Shown here piece by piece: positions 11,303 through 25,229 of a stretch of 64,000 nt of DNA. The notes beneath the pieces are model-generated. The model was not told where the DNA came from. It did no database searches and saw nothing but the letters and a program-made list of their open reading frames with translations. Source of the stretch: Vicugna vicugna (taxonomy: Eukaryota); contig MU058213.1 in the NCBI GenBank assembly GCA_013265495.1, positions 7,208,066 through 7,272,065 of the forward strand. Reading direction: 5' to 3'. A program made the position numbers and the translations under genes. Numbering within the stretch: position 1 is the stretch's first letter; each line of letters opens with the position of its first letter.

Positions 11303-13431
11303 GGGCTGGCAAATATTTGTGTGCTGGAACACATACAAGTTAACAACTACAAAACATTTTGAAAAATTAGACTTCAGTAAAATTAAAATTCTGTTGAGAC
11401 AGACTATTTAAAAAATTAAAAACCATGCCACAAACTGGGAGAAAACATAACAGACTTGTATTAAGAATACATAAAGAACTTTCAAGACTCAATAAAAATA
11501 AAAAGCAATAATATTAGCAAGATTTTAACATGCATTTCACAAAAGAACACATACAAAGCCAATAAGCACACAAAAAGATGTTCAAACATCGTTGCTCTTT
11601 GGGGAATTACAAGTTAAAACTAGGAGCCACCAATACACACCATTTGGTTGGCTAAAATTTAAAAAGATTAACAATGCTAAGTGTTATCTGAAGTGTACAG
11701 CAACTGGAACTCTTGCTAGTTCCACCGTAAAATGGAACATCTACTATGAAAAAGTTTGGCAGTTTCTAGTAAAATTTAACTTTGTACACTTGCCATATGA
11801 TCTATAAATAGGACACTTAGCTACATACCCAAGAAAAATGCAGACATATGCCCCCCAAAACCCTTGTGCAAGAATATTCATAATAGTTTTATTCATAATT
11901 GCCCCAAACGGGAAATAACACAAGTGCCTATCAACAGGTGAGTTGATAAACAAATTCTGGTACAACCATGCACTAAAACAAAAAGGAATAAAAAGGAACA
12001 CATTATGGATACTTGCATCAATGTGGATGAATCTCAAAAATGCTCACTAAAAGAAGTCAGACACGAAACAGTACACTGTGTGCGATTTAATATTCATGAA
12101 AATCTAAAAACGGCGAATCTAATCTATGGTAACAGAAAGCAAACTGGTGGTTTCCTAAGGCCACGGGTGGAAAGCAGCACAGAGATCTTTTCAGTGTGAT
12201 AGAAATACTCCATGTATCCTGACTGTGGTCATGGTTACACAGATGTACACACCTGTCAAGACTCATTGACATGCACTTAAAATGGATACTTGCTGTATAT
12301 AAATTACACCTCAGTAAGATTCATTTAAAATTAAATGTGGATCAAAAGGGAGAGTTATTTAGTATGTAATGGCTATATGCTCTAATAATAAAGATGTAAA
12401 ACTTTTTAAAAAAGTAGGGGAGAACGGGCAGAACATATGAAAAAATTTCAAACTGTTCTCAGAAATTCTATTGATTGGTAGTATTGTTATTCTGAGGTTG
12501 TAGTGAGTATAATGTGGGATAAAGCAAATGAGACTCACATGGTATTTTTAATTTAAACATATTTTTTCTAGCTCCATCTACTGAAATATTCCAGAAACAA
12601 TGATCAACACAGGAGCACTGAGCATCCCCACTACCCAGATTATAGTCTTAAAATACCATTTCCCTAAAAGAAATAAAGGCTCCAAAAAATGGCTGATTCC
12701 ATGGCTGGGACAGGAGATGTACAAAATGAGCCTCAAATGAGGGACTCAAAAGCCTATATGAAGAGTCTGCCGCTGGGCAAAGTTGGTATTATTTGAACTT
12801 CTAAGAGGGTAACTGTAGTGGACTAAAACCCTCCTAATATGTTTAATTTCATGATTCAATAATAGTGTTTTTAAAAAATACCCATCACCATTGTAAAGTA
12901 AGAAGGAATCTATTAGTTTTTTCAAAACTGGTATATGAAGGGCAAGAATCTAGCATGTTTTCTGCCACACGAACTGGGAAGCCAAAGAGGAGGTGAGGAA
13001 AACTGTATCTTAAAGCTACTCTAACCAATAAACAAAAATAAATGATGCAATCAGAATCCTAAAATTCTGCAAGCCCTAGAGAATGAAAGAATCTAGGCAC
13101 TGAGCATCAACAGCTCTAACATCACAAAAAAGAAACAATCAGGTGTTATGTGCCACCTGATTAAAGAATACACCACCATCTATGTGTTCCATCCCTGTGA
13201 TTAGACTAATTCTGATCACTGACAATGTATAAGAAATATAGAGGAAAGAGGAACATGCTGAACACTACCATGGATAGGTAATCATCAAAATCTAGACTAC
13301 AGGAAACTTTACAGGTCAAATTGTCCAAGTTCCTGAAGAGATAAAGTTTAAGGGAAAAAAAGAGATGAAAGGGAACCCGCAGGTTAAAAGAAATTGTTTT
13401 GTCAAGTAAAACAAAAAACTTTCAATGTATA

Positions 13432-13898
13432 CAGCAATCCCCCTTATCTATAGGGGATATGTTCCAAGACCCTCAGGGGATGCCTGAAATCACCGATAAA
13501 ATCGAGTATTACTTCCTATTGATACATACCTATGATAAAGTTTAATTTATAATTTAGGCACAGAAACAGATTAATAACTAATGAAAAATAAAAACAGAAC
13601 AATTATAGCAATATGCTGTAATAAAAGTTATGTCAACGTGGTCTCTCTCAAAATATCTCATTTAATGTTTTTCCTGTCTTAACTAACCACTTATCACGTG
13701 ACATGGCTATAACTTGCAGTTTGAGGTGTGACAGCAAAACACAAGTTTATTTTTCCTTCTTCATAATTTCATGATAGAAGACTTGCTACTCAGAATGGTG
13801 TGTGATTTAAAACTTATGAATTATTTCCTTCTGGAATCTTCCATTCATGAACAACTGAAACTCAGGAGAGTGAAACCGAGATTAAGGGGGGACTACTG
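13432..13898. mobile_element. MER44/Tigger7-like TcMar element with TIRs and TA TSD
   Basis: TA|cagcaatcccccttatc ... gattaaggggggactactg|TA form terminal inverted repeats. Confidence 0.85.
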
Positions 13899-13999
13899 TA
13901 CAACCCATAAAACATTTGTGTTTAGAATATACAACGCCCCCACATACCCCACATATCAGTAACAAAAGATGGAAAATCTAGTAGAATAAAAGGCAAGAC

Positions 14000-14835
14000 A
14001 TCTACAGTCAATTCACAAGAAAGGACCAAAAAGCATAGGAAAAGGTTCATAGCCTTATTATATCTATGGCACCTTATCCTCTAGACTGGCTAAAACTAAA
14101 ATGAGTTAAGTATCAATTGTTGAGGATATGGAGTAAAAAATTCTCAAACACTGTTGGGTAGAACGTGAAGTGGCACAACCACTTTGAAAAACAGTCTAAT
14201 GTTATCTGTTGAAGTTGAAAATATGCAGACTCTACAGCCCAGTAATTCCATTCCATTCCTAGCCATATACCCAGGAGAAATGTGTGCTCATGTGTACCAG
14301 GAGATGTGAATGAGAATTTTCATAGGAGCACTGCTTAGGATAAGCTCCAAACTGGAAATGGCCCATATTTTGATTAACAGAATAAGTTGCAGTTTATTGA
14401 TATAATGTAATAAATACACAGAAATGAAAATGAATGTACTACAACTACACATATACATACATATGAATCTCACAAACATACTACCAAGTAAAAGGAGGAA
14501 GAATTCTGTTCACATAGAAGAACAAAAGAATTCTCTTCACATAAAATTCAAAAACAAGCAAAAGAAAGCTTGAACTACCAAAAAAATTCAACATTTTTAA
14601 AAGGCATGGAAATTTTCAACATCAAACTCAGCGTAGTGATTATCTTTTCACTAAGGGAGAATGTCATTATCTAGGAGGGACACACAGGGGGCTTCTAGGT
14701 TACTGGTATTGTTTTATTTCTTGACTTGGAAGAGAGTCATATAGGTGCTCACTATATAATTACGGGTTAACCTGTATATATTTGCTCTAAATACTTTTGC
14801 ACAGTTACATCACATTTCATAATATACAATTTTTT
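14000..14835 (+). mobile_element. L1ME-type 3' fragment
   Basis: caaccactttgaaaaacagt, tacccaggagaaa, actacacatatacatacatatgaatctcacaaacata, ttttatttcttgacttgg. Confidence 0.75.
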
Positions 14836-14984
14836 AAACAATAAAATAAAAATCAGTGAGTCTTTGTGGTGGAGATATGAAATGTAACTAGAGGCCGTGT
14901 ACTGCCAAGTCAATATGGCTAAAAAAACCAGACAATGCTGATTGCTAGCTATCAAATAACGTACTGTTAATAAACATTTTTATA

Positions 14985-15525
14985 TGCATTTAACAAGTAA
15001 TTATATTAAGCACTTACTGTGTGCCACGCATTATTCAAGTCACTGGGAACACAATAGTGCACAAACAGTACTTACATACAGGTGTTGTGGAGAAAGGCAA
15101 TAAACAAAAATTAAACATGGTAAAGGGAACACTGAGGGTGATGTTACTTTTTACAGGATAATTAGGAGTATCCTCATTGATAGTTGGCATCTGAACAGAG
15201 AGAGACTTAAAGAAATCAAAGAACTAATCCATGCAGGTATCTGGGGAACAGCTTGCCAGAAAGATGGGAAGGGCTAAAGGTGGGACCATGCTTGGAGTAT
15301 TCAAAAAAACAAAAGAGGCCCGTAGGCTGGAGTGGAACAACTGAGAGGAGGTGTGTAGAAGATGTAGCTGGCTTGGGGGTAGGGATGGCGGGTGAGGAGG
15401 CAGGATCATGTAGGGCACTGCAGAACTCTGTAAAGACTGTCTCTTTCTGAGTAAGATGAGAGGCCATTTGAAACCAGCAAAATGAGGGGATGTGATTTAT
15501 GTTCTAAAACCATCATTCTGGTCCT
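14985..15525 (-). mobile_element. L2 fragment
   Basis: catttaacaagtaattatattaagcacttactgtgtgcca...ggcaggatcatgtagggc...ctgagtaagatgagaggccatt. Confidence 0.75.
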
Positions 15526-16478
15526 TTCATAGGCACTATTACAGTAGGAACAGCTACAGTTCCCTTCCCATATGGAGAAATCTGAAACTCCGTTTGAGTG
15601 TATCATACTTAGGTTCAGATTAAATAAAAATGAAATTCTTCTTTTTATTTAGAAGAATCATTTGTTTCATATTAACAACAAAATTTCACCTTAAAAAGTG
15701 TCTTATAAAAAGTAAAACTAATATCCTCTGCTGTCCTCCAATTTATAGTAAACATTTTTTTTTAAGTTGTGGTAAAACACATAAAACCTACCAAGTGAAC
15801 CATTTTTAAGTGCGGAGTTCAATACTATTAAGTGTATCACACTGTTTTGTATAGTGACTGGTTTTAAAGGCTTAAAAATAATTCAGGCTGGTTTTGGTGT
15901 TTATAGATGAATTCTACCACTACTCTACTCTTAATACTTACTATTTAAGTAGTATATTCTAAATCTCTCCTGTGCCCACTGAACGATGGTCGGTTACAAG
16001 GTAGAGTGATTTACACGCTTTGCTAATAAATGTGCATGAATAATTTAAGTATCCAAGAATTATTTGATGAAATTTATCATGTGGTGGCGAGCTACCACGG
16101 AGATAATAAATACAAATTTATGTGACTAGGTTCTGAAGAACCATTCAGATTTTTAAGGACCAAGAAAACTCTTTAAACTCCATTTTCTCACAAGGGAAAT
16201 CAGCGCATCAGATCAAACCATCCATTCAAGTAAATGCAAGTCATTTACAGTAGGCTGAATTATTAAAAGAAAAAAATATAAAAACACTATAGTATATGAT
16301 TTTGAAGAGTCAGTACTACTACTATTTAAATACATAATGAATAAAGACCTCCATATAATTTAATTTCTAATTTGATAATATTAATATTTCCACATGCTTT
16401 TGGCAGGATCATCACAAATTTTTTAATGCTGCTATTGTCTATTATTTGGCAGTTTAAGTAAATGTGATTTTTTTTTAC

Positions 16479-16598
16479 CTCTGTGAAAAGACGAGCATCA
16501 TCAGAAAGCATATTATAATCTTGTGCACATTTCTTTGCAGAATTTTGCAAAAATTTTAGGAATTCTGTAACTTCTTCATTCACATGTTTTTTCATATC
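16479..16598 (-). CDS. ICE2: ICE2 exon 5 (120 bp), DMKKHVNEEVTEFLKFLQNSAKKCAQDYNMLSDDARLFTE
   Basis: CAG acceptor, GAG|GTAAA donor. Lies inside ORF 16326..16655 and matches recalled ICE2. Confidence 0.96.
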
Positions 16599-17008
16599 CT
16601 GATTTTTAAAAAAGTAGACATGTCTTGGAATAAGAAGTTGGTTACAAACAATCACTTCTCAAACATTACTCTAATAATTTGGACTTACAAAGTATCACAT
16701 CCAAAACACAAATCACAAAGAAAAAGCTAATTTCACAAGAAGAGATAAGCTAATGACTAATAATACAATATGGGCTTAGGAAATAAGCTTATTTTATAAA
16801 ATGCTCTTAACATAAAAAAGCACAAACACCTAAATGGAAATATAAGCAAACACATGAATAGGCAAGTTACAAAAGAAGAAATAGAAATGGCTTATAAACA
16901 CATGGGAAATGCTTATTTTCATTAATAACCACTGTAAATTAATGTAAGACAAGAGATCAACATTTTTTCTGTATTAAATTAGAGGCAAAAAAGGTAACAT
17001 TCATTCTT

Positions 17009-17100
17009 GGAGGTGGGGGATATAGCTCAGTGGTAGAGCGCGTGCTTGGCGTGCATGAGGTCCTGAATTCAATCCCCAGTGCCTCCGTTAAGGGAAAAAA
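17009..17100 (+). mobile_element. tRNA-Ala-derived SINE (camelid vic-1-like) with TSD, inside an old L1ME fragment
   Basis: ggggatatagctcagtggtagagcgcgtgcttggcgtgcatgaggtcctgaattcaatccccagt plus A tail. TSD aaaaaaggtaacattca at 16987-17003 and 17101-17117. Confidence 0.9.
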
Positions 17101-17648
17101 AAAAAAGGTAACATTCAGTATTAGAAAAGACATTGTTAAAAAACCTTTCATACAAGAGTGATACATACAAATTGGTTTAAACTTTTTGCAGAACAACTTA
17201 CCCATGTGTAACTGCAGATCACAGCCTTAAAAACATGTACAGTTTTTGATCTGGCAATTATATTTTTATGAATTTATCTCATGGAAACAATCATAGATAT
17301 GAAAAAAGACTTTGCAACAAAGATGTTCAGCACAGGATCATATATAATGAAGAATTTGTAAACTACAAAGAGTAATAACAAAAATTTAAAACTGGTTCAA
17401 TGAGCAATGTAAAGTTCTACTGCTAGTACTTAATATGAACTGGAGTGAAATACACTCAGAACCAGAACAAAAAGCCTGAGCTATAACAGAATCAACAATA
17501 GAATTAAAGCACCAATGTTGCTAATTAAACTCCTTATATTTTCCATTTTTGTTAATATGACTGCACCTAAAAGCATAAAAGCAAATTTAAATTATTTCCT
17601 AACTTAAAAAAAATTTTTTTAACTGAAGCCAAACAATAGAATACATAC

Positions 17649-17910
17649 CAAGTACTGCAAATAGTCATTTTTATTTATTCCAACAGCTTTAGAATTTGCA
17701 GGAGTTTTTGCATATTTAACCAACAAATCCACATAATTCCTTTGTTCTCTCTGTGAGAAACGAGAGAAACGAGGATAAGGAACTCTTGGTTTTGGAAGAA
17801 GAACCATTCCAACTGTGGTTTTAACTTTCTCCTTTGCTTGAGTTGCTGAACTAACTGCCGGCTCATTTTCTACAGAACTTGCTGAGGCATTCAAATTTTC
17901 TCCTACACGT
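17649..17910 (-). CDS. ICE2: ICE2 exon 4 (262 bp), RVGENLNASASSVENEPAVSS...GINKNDYLQYL
   Basis: T-tract plus CCAG acceptor, TTG|GTATG donor. Overlaps ORF 17619..17894 and matches recalled ICE2. Confidence 0.96.
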
Positions 17911-20900
17911 CTGGAAAAAAAAATACAATTTACAAATACGTGCTTTTCACAGCAAGATTACTATCATGAAACTTCATGATTCTCAATCACCAGGGAGAAT
18001 ACAGAATGATTAACACAGTAAATTCTGGATTATATCTAACTCTGCCACCTGCATTTTGATGTTTCGCCATTTGGTGTAAATTCAGTATTCTGCAGAATAG
18101 GATCACTTTACAAGCCTACCTTCAATTATCTGATGGAGAGGAAGAGGCATAATCCTTAGACAAGTTTTTCAATTTGGAAGTTTTTTCCTTCTACTTAAGA
18201 TAGGTAAATCACCCTTGCCAATTATATATGCAGGTATTTTGTGTTTATATTGTATTGCAATGCAAGTTGTTTTTTAATACTTAAATTCTTCAGTAAGATG
18301 TATCAGTTAACGTGGTGAACAAAAGCCACTGAGGGCAGGATGTGATGGGGTCACAAACCTGCAGTTCACAAATTCACAGATATTCTAATTTTCTGGTTTT
18401 CTCCACTTTAATTATCTCAAGAATTAAAAAGAAATTCTAACATTGTGATATATTTTATGGAAGTAACAGTGGTTTTAGAAAAGTTGTATAATCCACTAAA
18501 ACTCATGCACATGGCTGAGTCTATGGAAATGTATTTATGTTTCATATGGATATAAAAGAGAAAGCTTGGCATATCGATAATGAAATGCACTAGAGGGAAG
18601 TAGTGAGTAGCTAGTGAGTAGCTAGTAACAGAGAATCTGTTACCATATTGTTTATGAAACACTACCCCCAAGTTTTAAAAAAAAACACCTTACTACCCCA
18701 ATTAAGGTATGTAAGTACAAACTGCTTATCTTGTTCATAATCTGTCTCTATTCCTGCCATTCATTGTTGTAATATACATTTTTGATAAGAGAATTTTAAA
18801 GTACACACACTCACTAAACTATATTTCCTTAGTCTTTACAACTATAATTTCCACCACAGTAACTGTTCTCTCTGATTTGGTTCTACATAAGTAACAAGAA
18901 CAATAACCCAAGAGGAAGGAAAACTAATGAAAGAATGAATGTCTATTGATTCATCCTTCATTCCTCCATTCATTAATGATTATTTTGAGTGACTACCATG
19001 TGCCAGTGCTATGCTGGGTACTAGACTTACAACTAGTACTGAGCTCAATACCACTCTACCCTGTAGGACCTTACAATCAAGTGGATCAGGCAAACGAATG
19101 AGGAAGAAAGAAAAGTAAATATGTGCATCAATACAATGTAACTATGGAGATTTCAAGTTCCAAACATATTTAATAGGTGAAGAATCCTAAGGGCAGCAAA
19201 ATCAGAGATTAAGAGGGAGAAAGGGGAAGGGAAAGAAATATTCAGACCATTGTTTTTCAGTCATAACAGTATTTCCCCTCAGGGCATTCTGGAAGCCTGT
19301 GGCGGCATTTGGGTTGTCCCAAATATGAGAAGAATTAAAGGCATTCAGAGATGAGGAAAACTACATTCCTATAATGTATGGTAGTTTCCCACACAGTTTT
19401 CAAAGGTCCTTTCAGGCTTTCTCTTATCATATACAAGTTAAGTATGGTCTGTTATTACCTATCCTAACAATGCATTTCATTCTTTTTTTTTTCTTATGAT
19501 TCTCTTATGGCAGTTTACCTTATTTCTCTTAAATCCAGCATTATTCATTTTAGCTACTGCATGCGACTACTTCATTGCATTTTCTAGTGCAGCAGTATCT
19601 ACTACCGTACATAGCATAATATAAATTATTTTCCTTTTATTTCAGATTTATATATCTAGAACATTATTTTAAAATGTTATATCTGTGGCTACTATTTTAA
19701 TTCAAACTAAACAAGGTGTCTTATACCTTACTAACATTTGTTATGCAGAGTAGGAGAGTTTCAGCCTGATAAATTTGAGAAATAACAATCTAGATTCATG
19801 TCTGGACAAAAGGTGAGTTAAAACTCATCCAAAACTAACACTTATTTGTTTTAAATCAACTTTACCATTCTAGAAGAAATATGGTAAAAATTCCAAAATT
19901 CTTTAGAAAAAAAGACTTAGGACCCAAAAATAAGGCGAAATATTCAAGACTACTCTTTGAGAGCTAAACTCTAGGTGGAAAACTAATCAAGAGAGCAGGT
20001 TAGTAAATGGGAAAGGAATTTTGGAAATTAAAATAAGGATGCTTAGATCGGCTCTGAAAATAACACAAGTGAAAGAAGACATACTTAGCTACTAAAGTTT
20101 CTCCAATAACTGCATAAAAATAAGCATATTTTAGGTTAACAAAATGAATATTAACTGCTGATCTTGGGAGAAATGTATTACAGCAAATTGATTTCTCACT
20201 AGAAAATGTCTTGAGAGGTATTCAAACCTAACAGCATTGTGTCCGCAACTCTTAACAATACTGCTTCACAGCTGTCTCTCTGAATATGAGAACATGTCTG
20301 TCCTTGTGGCACAAACTGGCAAATTTAATTAAGCTGCTGCAGCAACAAGATGCTGACTCAGATATGCCAAAGTAGGAATGTCAAGAAATTCTAGCAGTTT
20401 AAATTGGCTACATTCAGCAAGGAATGAAATGGCAGCACATCAAGATCATTTCCCTGTGCAGTGCTGTCAAAATCTTCATCAGGGTGCAAGCCAAAAAACA
20501 TCTGACAGGGTTTCTCTACCCACATTTTATAGCATTATATTTTATTTCAGTTGATGGTTTGAAGTTTCCCCCTTCATTTTGTCAACTACCCATTCTTCTA
20601 AAAATTAAAGTTTCTATGAAAAAAGGCAGAATTCAAAACTTTTAGTCTCCTATGCTTTAAGTCTTCTGGTTTGGGTAGCTTCTTTAAGTAGCATTTGGAA
20701 ATGGTGATTTGAGCCTCCATCTAAAGTCTACCTGTATCTCCTGGATTGGATTTACTTTTCTGTATTAAACACATTAAAATCTCTTCTTTTTGTATTTGAA
20801 GCTACTTTCCCCTTTGTTGGCTTAAAACACAATTACAGATGTCCTACAATCAGAAAATAATTTTCAAAAAGGCAAATTTTGACCTTATTGTGGAAGAAGC

Positions 20901-23384
20901 AGCATTGAACAAAAGCCTCATACTGTTTAAAGTAGCATAATTAGAAGTATCAATATTTTCCCAAATATGTTATTTACAGAACACAAAAAATGCAAAATTA
21001 GGGCTAATAAAAAATTTACATTATTCCTAGTTTTTCCATTAAGAAAACAGTGGTAATTTTATACAGTCTGAAAAATTTGTTCTTACTGTAATAAAACTAC
21101 AGGTTAGCAAAAAAGACTAGAAACATACATCAGTGACTTGTGCCTTTATTGCTTCTATATTAAAATGTATATTATACTAATGAAGTATTTTGTACTATAT
21201 AGAAATCTAAAGAAAAATCGGCAATATTCTAAGAAAAAAAGATTTTAGTAATTAGGTGTACTCAGCTGCCAGCAGACATCCTCTCCCTTACATGTTTCAA
21301 ACTACAACCCACACTTGGGATATGCTGAATAGAACCCGACTCAGAAAAAACATTACAATAAGAAGCAGCAGCAGGATGAATAAGATTAATATTAGAAATT
21401 CTTAGTTTGAAAAAAGTGAGACAGATAAAAGCTAGTAAAATGATGAAAAATTAAAAAAAAATTTTTTTAAAGGTAAAGACATATGCACACTAAATCCCAG
21501 GACACTAGAACTGGTAGGCATTCTTTGATTCAGATAAACAAAGGCAATTCTTTATTTAATTGGTAGTAAGTTTTAAGAAGCTGGTTATCCCCAAGACATT
21601 GTTACAAGCTGAGCAACAGAAAAAGCTTTTGAAAACTATCCATAGATTCACATCGATAAGAGGTTTTAACTTTCTGTAGTTGGTATTGGCAAAAACATCA
21701 TACTCATGCCCTTTCGCAGTAAATGTTGCTCCTGAATTTGCCTCTTTAAAATATTTATTTTTTAAAACTGTCTTTTTAATACAACTTCTGCTTGCCTTTA
21801 CGTGAACCTATCTATTCATCTGATCGAATCAAAAAGCACCTGCTTCTTCAGTGTTTTTAATAGCAATCTGGCAGTGTCTATAAAGATAAAACACACACAC
21901 ACATACACACACACAGCCTCCTTTCACAGGAACTTATCCTTATACGAGCTCATGTATAAAAAGGATGCTCACTGTTTGTAATAGTAAAGGAATGGAAACA
22001 ACCTAAATGAATATCAATGGTGGCAATTAATTGATTCCACTGAAAAATACCACAGTCATCCAGAAAACAAGGAGAGTGAGATATTTCCATAGTCAAGAGC
22101 TCACTGGTGATGTTGAGAGGAACAGTTTTAGTAGACTAGCGACCACAGAAGGCAAATTAGAGTGGGGTGTGCGGTGAATGCAAGTATAGTAGGATGTACA
22201 GTAAAGGTCAAGTTTTTTTTCTAAATCTTGTTTTTAAACCAATTCTCCCAATATCCCTTTCGGCTGGAGAGTTTAATCCATTTAAAGTAATTATTGATAG
22301 GGAAAGACTAAGTAATGCCATTTTGCTGTTTTCTGTATGTTTTGTAGCTTTTTTGTCCCTCATTTCCTCCCAGCAAGCATACACAAATCTTTAAAGACAT
22401 CTAAGTACAAATGAGAGAAGACATAAGAAAGTAAACGGGAGGGATTCATGCAAAGCCTGGAAATATGCTCTCTCCATTGCAAAAGGAGTGGAGAAAAGAT
22501 GAAAGTAAATACTGAGCTCCTCTAGGGGAGCACCGCAATTCCTCATCTGGCATATTTTCACTCATTTCTAGTAAACCTGATTACTTAATTTCAAGATTCA
22601 TTCACAATAAAGAAGAAACAGCCAACCACAAAGGAAAGAAGTGCTGTTACAGGCAGGTAAGCAGTGAGAAGGTAAAACTATCACTTAATACTGGTATCAA
22701 TCCATACCAGAGAGGGAAGAAACTCTATGGCAATTTGGCAGTATCGATCAAAATATAAAATGTTTGTAAACTGACTATAACTCAATTTAAAAAAGTGTGG
22801 TGTAAAAACACCACAAAACAAACAAACAAAAACAAAAAATAAATAAATAAACAAAATGTTTACAGAATCTGATCAATTTCTATTAATTTATCCTATAGAA
22901 ATAATTACAAGAAGTTCATCAATGTTACTGCTTAAAATGACAGAAAAAAGAGGAACACAAACATTTTGCAATGTAGGGCTAGCTAAAAGAATTAAAAGTA
23001 TTTCTGTATAATAAAGCAATGTGTAATCATTAAGAAGACTGAGCAATACATAGGGGAATAAAATATCCCAAATATTATTTAAAATGAAAAAAGCAAAATG
23101 CAAAACAGTTCTACAGTGTTTACAGTATTTTACAGTATTTATAGTGTGACCCCATTTTTGTTTTAATATGCATCAGTTCATGTGAGGAGAAAGGTCTCAG
23201 AAGATATATATGTATACCTAAGAATGGCTGTCTTTGAATACTGGGTTCTTCTATTTTCTAATTTTGCATTTCTACAACTTGAAGGTTTAATAGTGGATAT
23301 AGACAGATAGATGTGAAACTTCAACTATCAGAAAAATTAACAGTCAAATATGGAAATAAATAACCAAGTAAACAAACATATTAC

Positions 23385-23489
23385 CTGTTAGATAAAACAC
23401 ACAGTTCTTTTAAACTTGGAGCCATGGAATGATCTTTATAATTTTCTCGAGAGAAAAATGTCTTAAGGCCATTTTGGGGGGAAACATCC
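23385..23489 (-). CDS. ICE2: ICE2 exon 3 (105 bp), (W)DVSPQNGLKTFFSRENYKDHSMAPSLKELCVLSN(R)
   Basis: TTTTACAG acceptor, CAG|GTAAT donor, phase 2-2, consistent with exons 2 and 4. Confidence 0.95.
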
Positions 23490-25229
23490 CTGTAAAACAA
23501 AGTAATTTACTTAAATTTAACAATTCAAAATCTCATGCTAGATTAAGAAGCATAATGGTACAATTGTAATTTATAACTGCATGTCCTCTGCATCCCCTTC
23601 CCAGACAATAACCTCTTAATAATTTTAATTTCATGTTCCAGATGTGTGAGTTTAGATGTTTTACTTTTTGGATAGCTTTTAACTTAGGCCTATTCTGAAA
23701 TTCTCCAGTTCCAACCATCACCCTTGCTTTTTCATTTAGTACCCAGTTAAATGTCAGAGATACTTGAGACTTAAGGATGGAACAGAATGAAGACTTATAA
23801 AGGGTCTGTCAGGGGCGAGGCTCCCCTCAGGCTCTGTGGCATAACATTAAGACGTCTGACTGCTGAAAGTGCTTCTCAATCTGTTTTTGTCTCATTCACT
23901 ATCGTGCAGGGCAGAGAGACACTACAAAGATTGATTAACTATTTTCGTTAACTTGGCAAACATGATAAATGGTATGCCTCTACTGAAACCACCTGTAAGG
24001 TCATATATGATTTTCCACATTGTAATTAACTTACAGACTAACATATTATAGTTAATGCTTTCCTTATAGTAAGCATCTAATAAGTGATGGTTGACTGAAG
24101 GAATTTAAAAATTAAAACAGGATGAGAACCATTACTGTAGAGAGGATGAAGATTAGAAGGATTCTGTAGAAAAAGACAGTTCCAAAGGCTATAATACCGT
24201 GCAAAGGCCCTAAGCCATGTCTGGTTTCACAGTGTCAATGGCATATAATCTGTGTGGCATCTGAGCACATTCTTTATGGCAAGGAGCATAAATATGCATA
24301 CTTCTTAAAACTTACAACAGAACAACCTAATCAAATGGCAACTTCTGGCTGGCCCATTTCTAAAATGGGAAATTCTAGCATATTTGCTCCATATTCATTT
24401 CTTACTGTTTTTAAAGGCGTTTATCCGAAAAATAATGATTAAGGTATAAATGATAAAATTAAAAAGTCTTATTTGCTAATCACCAGGGTAGTTTCTTATT
24501 ACTTGTTACAGTACTGTATATGTGACATCTCATTACATTCCAAGGTTTTTGCATATCATACAAAAACAGTGTCATGCGCCTCATGGATTGTGAGCTCCTT
24601 GGAAGAAGGGAAGACTGTTCGCAGTAAAGAAGTACTTACTGAGTACATACTGATTTTATTTATTTATCTGACAAATCTGACGTCACATTTTCTAAATTTA
24701 AGGTGTACAGCATGTTACTTTGATAAAATTTCTATATTGCAGTATGACTGCCATTGAAGCAATATTTACCACATTACATCATTATAGACAATATTATTGT
24801 CTATATCCATTATACTGGAGCACATACTGATTGAATCTTCTTTGAGTCAGGTACTATTTTAGTATAAATGTAATCTTTTGTAACTTTAGATTTTTCCTTG
24901 GCCAGCAAATGCCTCAGCTGGCAAAGAGTAGATGCTCAGTAAATGTATGTTACATTGATCTAAAGCAGCACCTACATTAGGCAGATTTATACAAAGCCAC
25001 TATATTACTTTGTAACAGAGGCCTCTATTTGTGAAGTTTTCATACACTTCCAAAATACAGTCTATGCGTTTACATTATCACTTCATACAGATTCCAATAT
25101 AACAAGAAGAAGCTTGTCTATTCTTAAAGAGGTCTATTACTTGTACAGAAATGTGCTAGGTTCTTGAACACAAGAAAATTCTAGCATCTTTCCTTCACTA
25201 AGATCAATAATAAATACATGATTGAGGTA

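Larger units (their letters stand above)
9400..13430 (+). mobile_element. Old L1M (MC/MD/ME-type) ORF and 3' UTR fragments
   Basis: A-rich degenerate L1 text (agattcaaagcaatccc, gaaattgacaagctgattccaaaa, ttcataattgccccaaacgggaaa). Interrupted by two MER20 copies. Confidence 0.75.

Noticed and set aside
16060..16140. C/D-box snoRNA-like pattern (TGATGA ... hairpin ... CTGA)
   Set aside because: On the plus strand, antisense to the host gene, with no convincing terminal stem or recognisable guide.
17009..17090. Possible tRNA-Ala genes (also 43885-43960)
   Set aside because: A tails, target-site duplications, mutated stems/anticodon and no T-run terminator mark them as SINEs.
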